Below, piece after piece: positions 37,407-46,947 of a stretch of 64,000 bases of DNA. The DNA comes from Bacteroidales bacterium (GTDB lineage: Bacteria > Bacteroidota > Bacteroidia > Bacteroidales > WCHB1-69). The DNA lies in contig JAILCI010000040.1 in the NCBI GenBank assembly GCA_024686335.1, positions 6,585-70,584 of the forward strand, given 5' to 3'. Both the position numbers and the translations under genes were made by a program. A model generated the notes under the pieces. The model worked only from the letters and a program-made list of their open reading frames with translations, searched no databases and was not told the origin of the DNA. Position 1 is the stretch's first letter; every line of letters begins with the position of its first letter.

Positions 37407-38942
37407 TTACTTCTTCAAGGGTAAGGAAATCATGAAGGTACTGCCCTTACCTTCAACACTTTGGACCTCAATTTTCCCTTTGTGCAAGGTAACGATTTTC
37501 TTCACATAACCAAGCCCAAGGCCATAACCTTTCACATTGTGTACGTTACCACTTGGCACTCGATAGAAATTATTGAATATTTCTGACAATGATTTCTTGG
37601 GAATACCAATGCCCTTGTCAGTGACTGAAAAGCGGAAATACTTATCATTTGACAAGGTATTTATGAGGATTTCCGGTTTGTTTTCAGAGTACTTTATAGC
37701 ATTCTCCACAAGGTTAACTAGTACATTAGTTAAATGCTCTTTGTCTCCGAATATCTTATAGTTATCTGCATTTAAAGCTAAGTTTAAAGTGCCGTTATTA
37801 CTATTTACTAACAGGGCTACACTATCCACCACCTTGCGAATCAGTTCATGCATGTCAATCAGTTCAACATTCATCTTGACCTGGCCTTTTTTAAGTTGAG
37901 CAATCTGAAGGATATTCGTAACCATAGACCTCAGTCGTTCGTTCTCGTCGTGGATGATGTTTACATAAGTGGTTTGCAATTCCGGGTCTTTCTTGGTCGC
38001 CTCATCGCCCATTGCTTCACATGCCAGAGAGATAGTCGAAATAGGTGTTTTAAACTCATGGGTCATATTATCGACAAACTCATTGGTGACTTCAGACACC
38101 TTCTTTTGACGGTATAACGTGTAAAGGGAGACAAAGGAGATAGTTGAAACAAGAAATACAAGACATAGAATCATGATCACGATGGTGCTCATACGCTGCA
38201 AATAGATACCTCTCTCCGCTGGGAAAAAGAGGATAATATAGTGTGGAGAGCTGACCTTTTCATTGTACTTCAAACGGAAAACATAGTCACTCTGAAGCAT
38301 TTTCTCTTTAGGAATAGAGGTTGGTTCTATAACGAACTCTGTCGTAAAAGCATTATAAAGGGCGAAATCAAAACGAGCTCCTATTGTCTCCTCAGCCAAT
38401 GCTTCTTTTATCAAGTTTTTCAAGAAAATAGGATTCAGAATATCCTTGGTTGTACTATCTAACTGAACCATATTGACATCTATCTTCTCCAAAAAACTAT
38501 CCGGAACTCCATCCTTCGTTTGTGGAGACCAGGGATCTTTATAAAGGGGGAAAAGCACTCGGAATGAGTCACTGAAGTAAGTAGTGTCGCTCGAGACAAT
38601 TCTGACATTATCCTCCTTGACATAAATCTCGGACATGATAACGCCTATAGGCTGATTATTAGTACTATCCATCAAGAATTTACGGGAATGCTGAACAGAA
38701 ACCACATCGGTGGTATCTACCGCCTCCGTAGCAGTGCTGTCACTCATCGACATTATCGTGTCGTTCTTCAAAATGGCATCTATTTGATCAACAACATCGT
38801 TTCCTGCTGTCAGCACTTCATTAATAAAGATACTACGTTGAACCTTCTCAGCCTCCGTGTATAGTTTAAAAATGGAGAGGATAAGAAAGAATGTAGTGAA
38901 AATCACTACCAGGAACAACGAAACTAGCAATTTCTTTTTCAT
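37407..38942 (-). CDS. Sensor histidine kinase (two TM helices, periplasmic loop, HisKA plus HATPase_c)
   Basis: The H-box is HEFKTPIS, the N-box is LVENAIKY, and the G-boxes are DKGIGI and GYGLGL. No adjacent response regulator. Confidence 0.85.
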   Translation of the reverse strand: MKKKLLVSLFLVVIFTTFFLILSIFKLYTEAEKVQRSIFINEVLTAGNDVVDQIDAILKNDTIMSMSDSTATEAVDTTDVVSVQHSRKFLMDSTNNQPIGVIMSEIYVKEDNVRIVSSDTTYFSDSFRVLFPLYKDPWSPQTKDGVPDSFLEKIDVNMVQLDSTTKDILNPIFLKNLIKEALAEETIGARFDFALYNAFTTEFVIEPTSIPKEKMLQSDYVFRLKYNEKVSSPHYIILFFPAERGIYLQRMSTIVIMILCLVFLVSTISFVSLYTLYRQKKVSEVTNEFVDNMTHEFKTPISTISLACEAMGDEATKKDPELQTTYVNIIHDENERLRSMVTNILQIAQLKKGQVKMNVELIDMHELIRKVVDSVALLVNSNNGTLNLALNADNYKIFGDKEHLTNVLVNLVENAIKYSENKPEILINTLSNDKYFRFSVTDKGIGIPKKSLSEIFNNFYRVPSGNVHNVKGYGLGLGYVKKIVTLHKGKIEVQSVEGKGSTFMISLPLKK

Positions 38943-38955
38943 AACACTGAATTCA

Positions 38956-39966
38956 TCAAATCGTCATTAAAAAATGGACAGTTGAGTCCAGGGGGAAATC
39001 TTTATCAGAAAAAACCGTTCCGAACGGTTTGCCATCATCACACGCACCAGCTTGACTAACAACACAATAAACCTCATCTCGATGTAGGTTCAGCCATTCT
39101 TGCGCCTCGTCAACATCCTGATAAAAAGCATAATGTATAACGCCAGTAGGGGCAATTTCTTGTATCTGCTCTACGAACAAAAAAGTCCCAGCATCCATAT
39201 AGAACTGCTTATTCATCAAACGAATGGACTTCTGATACTCCAAATGGTTGAGGAACTGATGGTGTTGTGCCAACGATTGTGTTTGAGTTCCTAATGTACG
39301 CAAAAATGGCACAAAATCGTAATTTCTAGGCACAAATACGGTGTGGACGGCGGCGCGGCTACGACCAAAGAAAAGACTGATGTCCTTAGACAGCGACACC
39401 AGTTCCTGCTCAGATTCATGACCCGTCAATATCGCCACAGAAGCCTGACGAGGACGTAGCAGATGCGGGATTTGTTGCAGATAACGCTCCCAAATTGCAT
39501 GACTATCCTCCATATCATTGACAATAATCGCGTCACATTTCGGAAGTTTATCCACGACAGAGATACGATGTTTCAACATCGGTTCAACCTCCTCCAATTC
39601 TTGAATAAGAAACGACATCAGCAATTCGTCCTTCGGATGCAATTTAAGGGCACAGGTGCCACCCATAATCAGAACACAAAGCATATCAACGAAAGCCGAC
39701 ATGGGCATCATTCCATCGGGCACCAGACCGATTGTCTTACCTGAAAGAACATCACTACTACTGCTAAATCTTGACTTTAGATAATCAACGTCAAGTATCT
39801 CTTTTATAATTTGATAAGAATATTTAATAAACTCAGGAGTAAACCATGGATTTAGTTGATATTGACGTTGGATGACAGCTTCTTTGTCAGAGAAATAATC
39901 ATCCTCCCTCATCTTAAATCCGAGGTTGGCGAAGGGAAAAATATCGGAGTTAACAGAAGGATACAT
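38956..39966 (-). CDS. Acyl-CoA reductase (LuxC)-like protein
   Basis: The size and the NPWFT motif resemble the LuxC-like family common in Bacteroidetes. The assignment is from memory only. Confidence 0.4.
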   Translation of the reverse strand: MYPSVNSDIFPFANLGFKMREDDYFSDKEAVIQRQYQLNPWFTPEFIKYSYQIIKEILDVDYLKSRFSSSSDVLSGKTIGLVPDGMMPMSAFVDMLCVLIMGGTCALKLHPKDELLMSFLIQELEEVEPMLKHRISVVDKLPKCDAIIVNDMEDSHAIWERYLQQIPHLLRPRQASVAILTGHESEQELVSLSKDISLFFGRSRAAVHTVFVPRNYDFVPFLRTLGTQTQSLAQHHQFLNHLEYQKSIRLMNKQFYMDAGTFLFVEQIQEIAPTGVIHYAFYQDVDEAQEWLNLHRDEVYCVVSQAGACDDGKPFGTVFSDKDFPLDSTVHFLMTI

Positions 39967-41420
39967 TAACGCACCTCCTCACAGACCTCGCTCATGATAG
40001 CAGCTATATCTTCTGCAGGGAACTGGCGGATAATACCCTCTTTTTGCATATCATCCACTATGCGTCGGGTTTCGGAGATATCGTGCATGGCAATATCAAA
40101 CACCTCTTGCCATGTACGCTCCTTACGAGCCACTCCTTGACGGATAGCCTGCATAGCCACGTCGGCAGCCACAGTGGGGAACATCTCGGTATCCATCATT
40201 GTCGGCATAATACGCTCGGGATTGATGCCCTGACGTTCAGCATAGTCAGCGATAGAGTGCGCTGCACAGATCGCCATTTCATCGGTAATCTTGCGAGCGG
40301 AGACAAGCAAGGTTCCTTTCAGAATGGCTGGGAAGCACATAGAGTTGTTGACCTGATTTGGGAAGTCGCCACGGCCAGTTGCCACAATATGGGCGCCTGC
40401 CTCTTTAGCCTCGTACGGATAGATCTCCGGAACAGGGTTGGAGCAGCAGAAGACAATAGACTTCTCAGCCATCAGAGAGATCCACTCTTTCTTGATGGTA
40501 TCAGGACCCGGTTTGGAGAGAGCCACGAGCACGTCAGCATCTTTGAAAGCCTCCTCTATAGATTCAATACGCTGAGGATTAGTGCTTTGACAGAGTTCCC
40601 ACTTACGATAGTAGCGAGTATCCTTCTGGCAATCCTCACGACCCTCATGGAGCGTGCCCTTGCTATCGAAAATGATGATCTTGGACGGGTCAGCACCATC
40701 GGTTATGAGCAGACGGGCAATGCTGGTATTGGCAGCGCCCGCGCCATAGAGAACAATCTTGATATCAGAAATCTTCTTTCCTGCCAATTTAAGAGCATTG
40801 ATGATGCCGGCGAGGGTCACGCAAGCGGTGCCTTGCGCGTCATCGTGCCATACGGGAATGTCACAAGCCTCACGGAGAACGTCCAACACCTTGTAGCAGT
40901 TGGGTTGTGAGATGTCTTCCAAGTTGACAGCACCGAAGCTGTGCTGTGCCATCTTGACGAACTCGATAATCTTCTCGGGTTGGTGTTTGCCCTCCTCATC
41001 GCGACTGTCGATACAGAGCGGGACGGCATCTACACCACCTAAGTATTTCATCAACATAGCTTTACCTTCCATAACGCCCAGACCTCCCGGAGGGGTACAG
41101 TCGCCATCACCCAAGACGCGAGTACTGTCGCTGACCACAGCCACCATCTGAGCACGATTGCTCAACTGGAAAGAGGTGTCGTTGTCATCACGGATAGTTG
41201 TGGAGACAGCTGATACGCCCGGTGTATACCAGACATTGAACCAGTTGAAACCATACACTGGCGCCTTAGGCAGCGTCTGCATCTTGCCACCGTAGAACTG
41301 GTGAGCCTTCAGTGAGAGTCTCTTATAAAACAAAGTCTTGGCTTTTGCCTTTTGCGCTTCGGTAAAATCTTTTGGAAATAGGGCGTCCAAATCGTCCATG
41401 GAAAGAATCTGATCTGTCAT
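39966..41420 (-). CDS. NAD(P)-dependent malic enzyme
   Basis: It has VVSDSTRVLGDGD, GVMEGKAMLMK, LEDISQPNC and WHDDAQGTA, plus the GAGAA dinucleotide loop. Confidence 0.85.
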   Translation of the reverse strand: MTDQILSMDDLDALFPKDFTEAQKAKAKTLFYKRLSLKAHQFYGGKMQTLPKAPVYGFNWFNVWYTPGVSAVSTTIRDDNDTSFQLSNRAQMVAVVSDSTRVLGDGDCTPPGGLGVMEGKAMLMKYLGGVDAVPLCIDSRDEEGKHQPEKIIEFVKMAQHSFGAVNLEDISQPNCYKVLDVLREACDIPVWHDDAQGTACVTLAGIINALKLAGKKISDIKIVLYGAGAANTSIARLLITDGADPSKIIIFDSKGTLHEGREDCQKDTRYYRKWELCQSTNPQRIESIEEAFKDADVLVALSKPGPDTIKKEWISLMAEKSIVFCCSNPVPEIYPYEAKEAGAHIVATGRGDFPNQVNNSMCFPAILKGTLLVSARKITDEMAICAAHSIADYAERQGINPERIMPTMMDTEMFPTVAADVAMQAIRQGVARKERTWQEVFDIAMHDISETRRIVDDMQKEGIIRQFPAEDIAAIMSEVCEEVR

Positions 41421-41451
41421 ATTTTAAAAAATTAGGTCGCAAAAATACGAT

Positions 41452-42648
41452 TTATTTCGGTGTATAATCACATATTTTCTCACAAACCACCAAGATCTTC
41501 TCATTTTTACCTATTGTGGTGCCATAGAGAAAGATATCGCCTCCGTCACGCACGCCAAGGCGATGGTGCAAGTCGTCGGCCGAGAGAGGAAAATTGCGCA
41601 CCGCCACATTCGCCCTACCCCACTCTTTAGAGACCTCGCGAATCTCACGCTTGTTGAAAGGCATCGTCTTAATGACCTTAAGAATACGCCCAGGAAAATC
41701 AGCGACACACTCTTCGGAGGTGTATAAATGGGTACTCGAGCCTAACTTTTGAACTGGATAGCGGCAAGACAACGACTTATAAGCCCCAGCTTTCATAATT
41801 GCAACGTTAGGCTCGTAGAGATATGCGCTGACCTTCTCTGCCCAAGTCGGGATAGATTGTGCCTCCTCCTCTTGCGAGAAGGTAAAAACTTCGCTATCTG
41901 AACCGTTTAGATTAGCAGCCGTAATCATCAGTGGATGAGATATTTTATCCAGAATAAAAAGAAGTTCCTTGCACTCATTTCCGACAGCCACCACCTGCAC
42001 GCAAGTTGTCTCCGGCAGCTGACGCAAAGCCTCACGAAGGTCCAACATTGGCGACAGTTTCACCATGATGCCTTTACGGGCTTTTTCATTCAGCAACGAC
42101 TTGTTTTCGATGATGTTAGGCACACACTGCGACAGGTCCACAACCCGCTGGCCATGCTCATCACGACGGGAGGGATCGACATATAGCCAGTCAACCTGCT
42201 CCAGATGAGTCAGGGCCTGTTCCATCGTTTCAGTCACAATTGTCACATTCTTGACACCCATCACATCCATGTTGTGAGCCACAATTTGGGCCAAGGATTC
42301 ATCAGGTTCCACGTAATAGCCGCTTTTGAATCGGCGAGCAAGATGCATGGTGTCAACTCCGAAACCTCCGCTGAGGTCGGCAAAGGTGTCACCATCAATC
42401 AACGAAGTTTTGTATTGTGCCGTGACTGTCGAAGAGCACTGTTCCATATTGACAGTGGGTGGATATAGCACCCGCTCACAAGCGTAAAAATCAGAAAGTT
42501 TCTCTTGTGCCTTCTGACGTCCTTTGATCTGCTGCAAAGCGAAGTGAAGATCCACACCTTCAGGAACGGGCTGCAGGGCAAGGCGCGCCACATCGTCTGA
42601 TGAATGCGCCATCACAAATTGCCAAGTCCGTTCGTCGAGAGTCATCAC
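41452..42648 (-). CDS. Class I SAM-dependent methyltransferase with a C-terminal THUMP-like domain
   Basis: The SAM motif I is FADLSGGFGVD. It has a 4-nt overlap with the mfd stop. Confidence 0.55.
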   Translation of the reverse strand: MMTLDERTWQFVMAHSSDDVARLALQPVPEGVDLHFALQQIKGRQKAQEKLSDFYACERVLYPPTVNMEQCSSTVTAQYKTSLIDGDTFADLSGGFGVDTMHLARRFKSGYYVEPDESLAQIVAHNMDVMGVKNVTIVTETMEQALTHLEQVDWLYVDPSRRDEHGQRVVDLSQCVPNIIENKSLLNEKARKGIMVKLSPMLDLREALRQLPETTCVQVVAVGNECKELLFILDKISHPLMITAANLNGSDSEVFTFSQEEEAQSIPTWAEKVSAYLYEPNVAIMKAGAYKSLSCRYPVQKLGSSTHLYTSEECVADFPGRILKVIKTMPFNKREIREVSKEWGRANVAVRNFPLSADDLHHRLGVRDGGDIFLYGTTIGKNEKILVVCEKICDYTPK

Positions 42649-45600
42649 GCGTTATTTTTGATGTAATTATTGAGTTTCTCCAGCCAGTGTAGGGCCGCTT
42701 TGACAGTCGGGATGTTATGCACCACGAAAACCAACCTGTGGTTAATCTCCTTGAGCTGAATAAGCGGATGGTTATGCTGCATGAAGGCAAGGACAAGTCC
42801 AAACTCATCAGACTGGAAATAGTTAGAGTTGGATTGACCGGCAAAATGGCCCAAGAAGGTCTTATTTTTCAGCACCACCTTCTCGAAATGGAGATCAGAA
42901 GCCAGCATACGCAACGGAACCGTCAGCATTAGCTCCTCGGTCTTGGCTGGCATTGGTCCGAAGATATCCACAACCTTTTTACGGAATTCATCTAGCTTTT
43001 CAAGATCCTGGATAGCCTCCAACTCTTTATACAAGCTCATGCGTTCAGAGACGCTAACAACGTAATCGGTGGGGAACATTGCTTCAATATCGGTTTCCAA
43101 CAGGCACTCGCGACGGAGAATTGCAGTATTGTCGGCAGGCTTATCTTCGCCCAAGTCTTCGTAATCCTCATCTCGCATCTCCTGAATGGCCTCATTGAGA
43201 ATCTTCTGATACATCTCGTAGCCCATTTCGTTGATGAAACCGCTTTGGTCAGCTCCAAGGATATCGCCAGCGCCACGGATATCGAGGTCGCGGAGGGCAA
43301 TCTGGATTCCACTGCCGATATCGGAGAACTCCTCGATAGCTTGGAGACGCTTCCTGGCGTTGCTGTTGAGAAACTCGTAGGGTTGGGTGAAGAGATAGCA
43401 GTAGGCTTTCTGATTGTTACGGCCTACCCTACCACGTAATTGGTGAAGCACGTTGAGGGCAAAGTTTTGGGCATCATTGACAATCATCGTATTGGCATTG
43501 ACGATGTCAAGGCCAGACTCGACGATGGTGGTGGATATGAGGATATCGTAACGACCCTCGATAAAATCGGTCATAATCTTCTCCAGTTCATCACCTTCCA
43601 TCTGGCCGTGGCCTACTGCGACACGCGCAGAAGGGCACAGGCGTTGCACGAGACCGGCCAATTGCGGCAAGTCCTGAATCTTGTTATGCACAAAGAAGAC
43701 CTGACCATGACGGTCCAACTCAAACTGAATAGCTTCCCGAAGGATATCCTCGTCAAAGACATGCACTTCGGTCTGGATTGGTTGACGGTTTGGCGGGGGC
43801 GTCGAGATGACTGAGATATCACGAGCGCCGATCAGAGAGAACTGCAGCGTACGCGGGATAGGCGTTGCCGACATGGTAAGGGTATCCACCGAGACGCGCA
43901 ACTCGCGCAGTTTCTCTTTGGCACCCACGCCAAACTTCTGCTCTTCATCGATAATAAGAAGACCTAAATCCTTAAAAATCACATCTTTGCTTAAAAGACG
44001 ATGAGTACCTATCAGTATATCTATCTTCCCTTCGGAGAGTTCCTTAAGGGTTGCTTTTATCTGCTTGGCCGTCTTGAAACGGTTCACATACTCCACGCGG
44101 CAAGGCATGTTAGCGAGACGGTCGCGGAAGGTGTTATAATGCTGTAGAGCCAACACAGTTGTCGGAACGAGGACTGCCACTTGCTTGCTGTCGCACACTG
44201 CCTTGAAGGCTGCGCGGATGGCAATCTCCGTCTTACCAAAACCCACATCACCGCATATCAGACGGTCCATTGGGCTGGTATTCTCCATATCCTTCTTAAC
44301 ATCGTCCAGCGTTTTGATCTGATCAGGAGTGTCCTCATAGATGAAGGAGGCCTCCAACTCTGTCTGCATATAGTTGTCGGGCGAGAAAGCGAAACCTTTT
44401 CGGGCCTTACGGGCAGAATAGAGCTTGATAAGGTCGATAGCCAACGCCTTGACTCTCTTTTTGGTACGCTCCTTGAGGCGCTCCCATGTTCCGGAGCCCA
44501 ACCGGTGCAACTTGGGAGGCGTACCTTCCTTGCCAACATACTTGCTGATCTTATGCAATGAATGAATGCTGACATAGAGAATATCTCCGCCATCATATGT
44601 CAATTTGATGACCTCCTGCTCTTTTCCATTAATCTCTGTCTTTTCCAGACCTTGATAAACACCGACACCGAAGTTGATATGTACCACATAATCACCAGGT
44701 TGCAAGTCATAAATCTCTTTCAGAGTAATGGACTCGCTCTTCTTGTAGCGATCACGAAGCACTACCCTCTCCTGTTTCTCCAGAAACTGGTGGTCAGTGT
44801 AGACTGCTACCTTACGAGCCTCGTCGCGAAAGCCCTCATGAATCTGGTAGCTCAACGGAGTGTATAGATGACGAAGGTCATACTCCGTGACATTCTGACG
44901 GTTGAACTTCTCCAGAAGGTCTTCCATAATCCGCTGGAGACGCTCCAACTGGGAAGCACTCTCTGAGAGAAAGACACTCTCGATACCCTGCTCATAGTTC
45001 TGCGTCCACTCGAGGAAGAGGTAGTCGAAACTGCGACTGAAATTATTCTGGGGTTTTATATCAAAATGCAATGCTAAATCTGTCACAGTCTTTGCAGGTG
45101 CATTGACAATACAGTGAGCATACTGCTTCCAAGTTTTCTCAAATAAAGGCTTATTGATGAAAAGCTCCTCAACAGGCAGTGTGAGAGGCGCATCAGGGTC
45201 TGTAGTCTTCGGGCGGGACTCCAATTCCTCACGAACATTCTTGCATAGAGCAGCAATCTGAGTCGCAATATCCTGAGGACTCGTCATCCAAAGCACTGTC
45301 GAGTCCGGCAGAAACTCAAAGAGGGAGACACGCTGCTCTTCGACGGCCATATTGCCGATATTGGGCATGATGTGAACCACCTCCTCATCTCTGATGGAGA
45401 GCTGAGTTTCAGGATTGAAATAGCGGATAGACTCTATCCTATCACCCTCTAATTCAATACGATACGGATACTCCTCCGAATAGGAGAAGATATCGAAAAT
45501 GCGACCACGCCACGCAAACTGGCCAGGCTCCACAACAAAATCCTCCTGCTGGTATTCGAGATCATAAAGATAATGTAAGAAATCATCCACGGGAATCTCC

Positions 45601-46097
45601 TGATCCTTTACTATTTTGAAGGTATTGTCGACAACATACTGCTGATTAACAATACGTTCCGCCAATGCTTCAGGGTACGTGATGACAACTTGCTGACCAT
45701 CACAATGGTGCGACAGCTTATTGATGAGCTCCGCACGCAACTTCACGTTAGCGTTATTGAGTTCATCGGACGTATGGGCACGCTTAAAGGAAGAGGGCAG
45801 ATAATGGACACGCTTGGAAGGCAAAGGTAGATCCTTGTCATCCAGGAGTTTCTCGATATCGTTATAGAGATATGCCGCCTCCTCCTTGGAAGCTGCGATG
45901 AAAAGATGAGGACGTGGAATCTTCTGGACGGCCAATGCCGCGAGAAGCGGATACGAGGATCCGACAAGTCCATCCATAGCAATAGCAGGGCGCGAGGAGT
46001 TGTCCTCGAGCCTTGACTTCAACTGAGCTGCCTCTTTTGCAAAGAGTTGCAACCGTAATTTGTCAACCGTCATCATAGAGGCGGCAAAAATACTCAA
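42645..46097 (-). CDS. mfd: Transcription-repair coupling factor
   Basis: The 1150-aa protein has a CarD-like domain, Walker A GDVGFGKTE, IIDEEQKFGV, TATPIPRT-like SATPIPRTL and QLRGRVGR. Confidence 0.95.
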   Translation of the reverse strand: MSIFAASMMTVDKLRLQLFAKEAAQLKSRLEDNSSRPAIAMDGLVGSSYPLLAALAVQKIPRPHLFIAASKEEAAYLYNDIEKLLDDKDLPLPSKRVHYLPSSFKRAHTSDELNNANVKLRAELINKLSHHCDGQQVVITYPEALAERIVNQQYVVDNTFKIVKDQEIPVDDFLHYLYDLEYQQEDFVVEPGQFAWRGRIFDIFSYSEEYPYRIELEGDRIESIRYFNPETQLSIRDEEVVHIMPNIGNMAVEEQRVSLFEFLPDSTVLWMTSPQDIATQIAALCKNVREELESRPKTTDPDAPLTLPVEELFINKPLFEKTWKQYAHCIVNAPAKTVTDLALHFDIKPQNNFSRSFDYLFLEWTQNYEQGIESVFLSESASQLERLQRIMEDLLEKFNRQNVTEYDLRHLYTPLSYQIHEGFRDEARKVAVYTDHQFLEKQERVVLRDRYKKSESITLKEIYDLQPGDYVVHINFGVGVYQGLEKTEINGKEQEVIKLTYDGGDILYVSIHSLHKISKYVGKEGTPPKLHRLGSGTWERLKERTKKRVKALAIDLIKLYSARKARKGFAFSPDNYMQTELEASFIYEDTPDQIKTLDDVKKDMENTSPMDRLICGDVGFGKTEIAIRAAFKAVCDSKQVAVLVPTTVLALQHYNTFRDRLANMPCRVEYVNRFKTAKQIKATLKELSEGKIDILIGTHRLLSKDVIFKDLGLLIIDEEQKFGVGAKEKLRELRVSVDTLTMSATPIPRTLQFSLIGARDISVISTPPPNRQPIQTEVHVFDEDILREAIQFELDRHGQVFFVHNKIQDLPQLAGLVQRLCPSARVAVGHGQMEGDELEKIMTDFIEGRYDILISTTIVESGLDIVNANTMIVNDAQNFALNVLHQLRGRVGRNNQKAYCYLFTQPYEFLNSNARKRLQAIEEFSDIGSGIQIALRDLDIRGAGDILGADQSGFINEMGYEMYQKILNEAIQEMRDEDYEDLGEDKPADNTAILRRECLLETDIEAMFPTDYVVSVSERMSLYKELEAIQDLEKLDEFRKKVVDIFGPMPAKTEELMLTVPLRMLASDLHFEKVVLKNKTFLGHFAGQSNSNYFQSDEFGLVLAFMQHNHPLIQLKEINHRLVFVVHNIPTVKAALHWLEKLNNYIKNNA

Positions 46098-46142
46098 TTT
46101 ATGGTCACATTCCGTTTATTGAAGATAAAAAAGCTTTTGTAG

Positions 46143-46263
46143 GGTCGATGCGTGCATCGACCATTAATAAGGAATTAATTTTTGTATTACTACCCCGCCC
46201 TACGGGCACCCCTTCTAAAATAGAAGGGGAATAAACTCCCTTGTGGCACGTTCGTGCCAAGGG
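46143..46263. repeat. Cluster of three GC-rich hairpins in an intergenic region
   Basis: The hairpins are GGTCGATGC-gt-GCATCGACC (46143-46162), CCCCTTCT-aaaat-AGAAGGGG (46209-46229) and CCCT..TGGCAC-gttc-GTGCCA.AGGG (46238-46263). Confidence 0.6.
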
Positions 46264-46349
46264 TAAATAAGGGGTAAAAGTATCTTGACACAAAATAATG
46301 GCGATGAGACGCTGTACGGCTACTTGTTGAGAAACTTTAGAAAACAGAC

Positions 46350-46388
46350 TGTGAAAAAGAAAGAGGGCGTTCCCACTGAACGCCCTCT
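46350..46388 (-). terminator. Rho-independent terminator of the lipoprotein gene 46416-46835
   Basis: AGAGGGCGTT-7 nt-AACGCCCTCT forms a 10-bp stem. On the minus strand it is followed by TTCTTTTTC. Confidence 0.7.
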
Positions 46389-46415
46389 ATTGCCTATTCT
46401 GATTAGAAAGTACTG

Positions 46416-46835
46416 TTATTTCTTTTGTTTGAAAGTAAGCGTGATATGGTCACTTCCGAACATCTCGGCATCTTCAGCATCCAATTCTATGGTCGTTGTG
46501 ATGGTTTTATTGTCTTTGTGGTAGGTGAAAGGCTGCTCGCCGTCGAACATACCATTTTCGCCGTCGAAAGTGTAGGTGCCGTCTTCATTTACCACTTCGC
46601 CGGGCATTGTTTGACCCATTACCGTTACGGTGGAGTTAACGGTCATACTGTAATTGATCTCGTCTTTGAAGTTGAGGGTCATGTCTACAGAAACGCTGCC
46701 CTCAGTACCTTCAATGGTGGAGGTATTAGAATAATTTGCCTGCCAGGTGGTGCCAGCCAGGTCGACATCCTTGCTGCAGCTTGTGAGAAGCATTACTAAG
46801 CAAGCTGCCAGTGTGAAGAAAATGTTTCTTTTCAT
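46416..46835 (-). CDS. Small lipoprotein (lipocalin-like size and pattern), hypothetical
   Basis: The lipobox is LLTSC. The 139-aa protein is beta-rich. Confidence 0.55.
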   Translation of the reverse strand: MKRNIFFTLAACLVMLLTSCSKDVDLAGTTWQANYSNTSTIEGTEGSVSVDMTLNFKDEINYSMTVNSTVTVMGQTMPGEVVNEDGTYTFDGENGMFDGEQPFTYHKDNKTITTTIELDAEDAEMFGSDHITLTFKQKK

Positions 46836-46947
46836 TTTTACTGTGTTTTAATTGCTTTAAATTGGGTTAATTGTTTTTTTATTAATATAATTCATTATTT
46901 AATCAAGTTTCTTTATCGCTGCCCTGAAAGGCGGGGCAGTAAGATAG

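Noticed and set aside
21628-40910. Other long antisense ORFs, for example 21628-22182, 25819-26382, 26486-27184, 30585-31187, 35737-36303 and 40044-40910
   Set aside because: Each is fully nested opposite a gene with unambiguous family motifs (pyrD, phosphoesterase, kdd-like, lepB, yidC, malic enzyme). None has motifs of its own.
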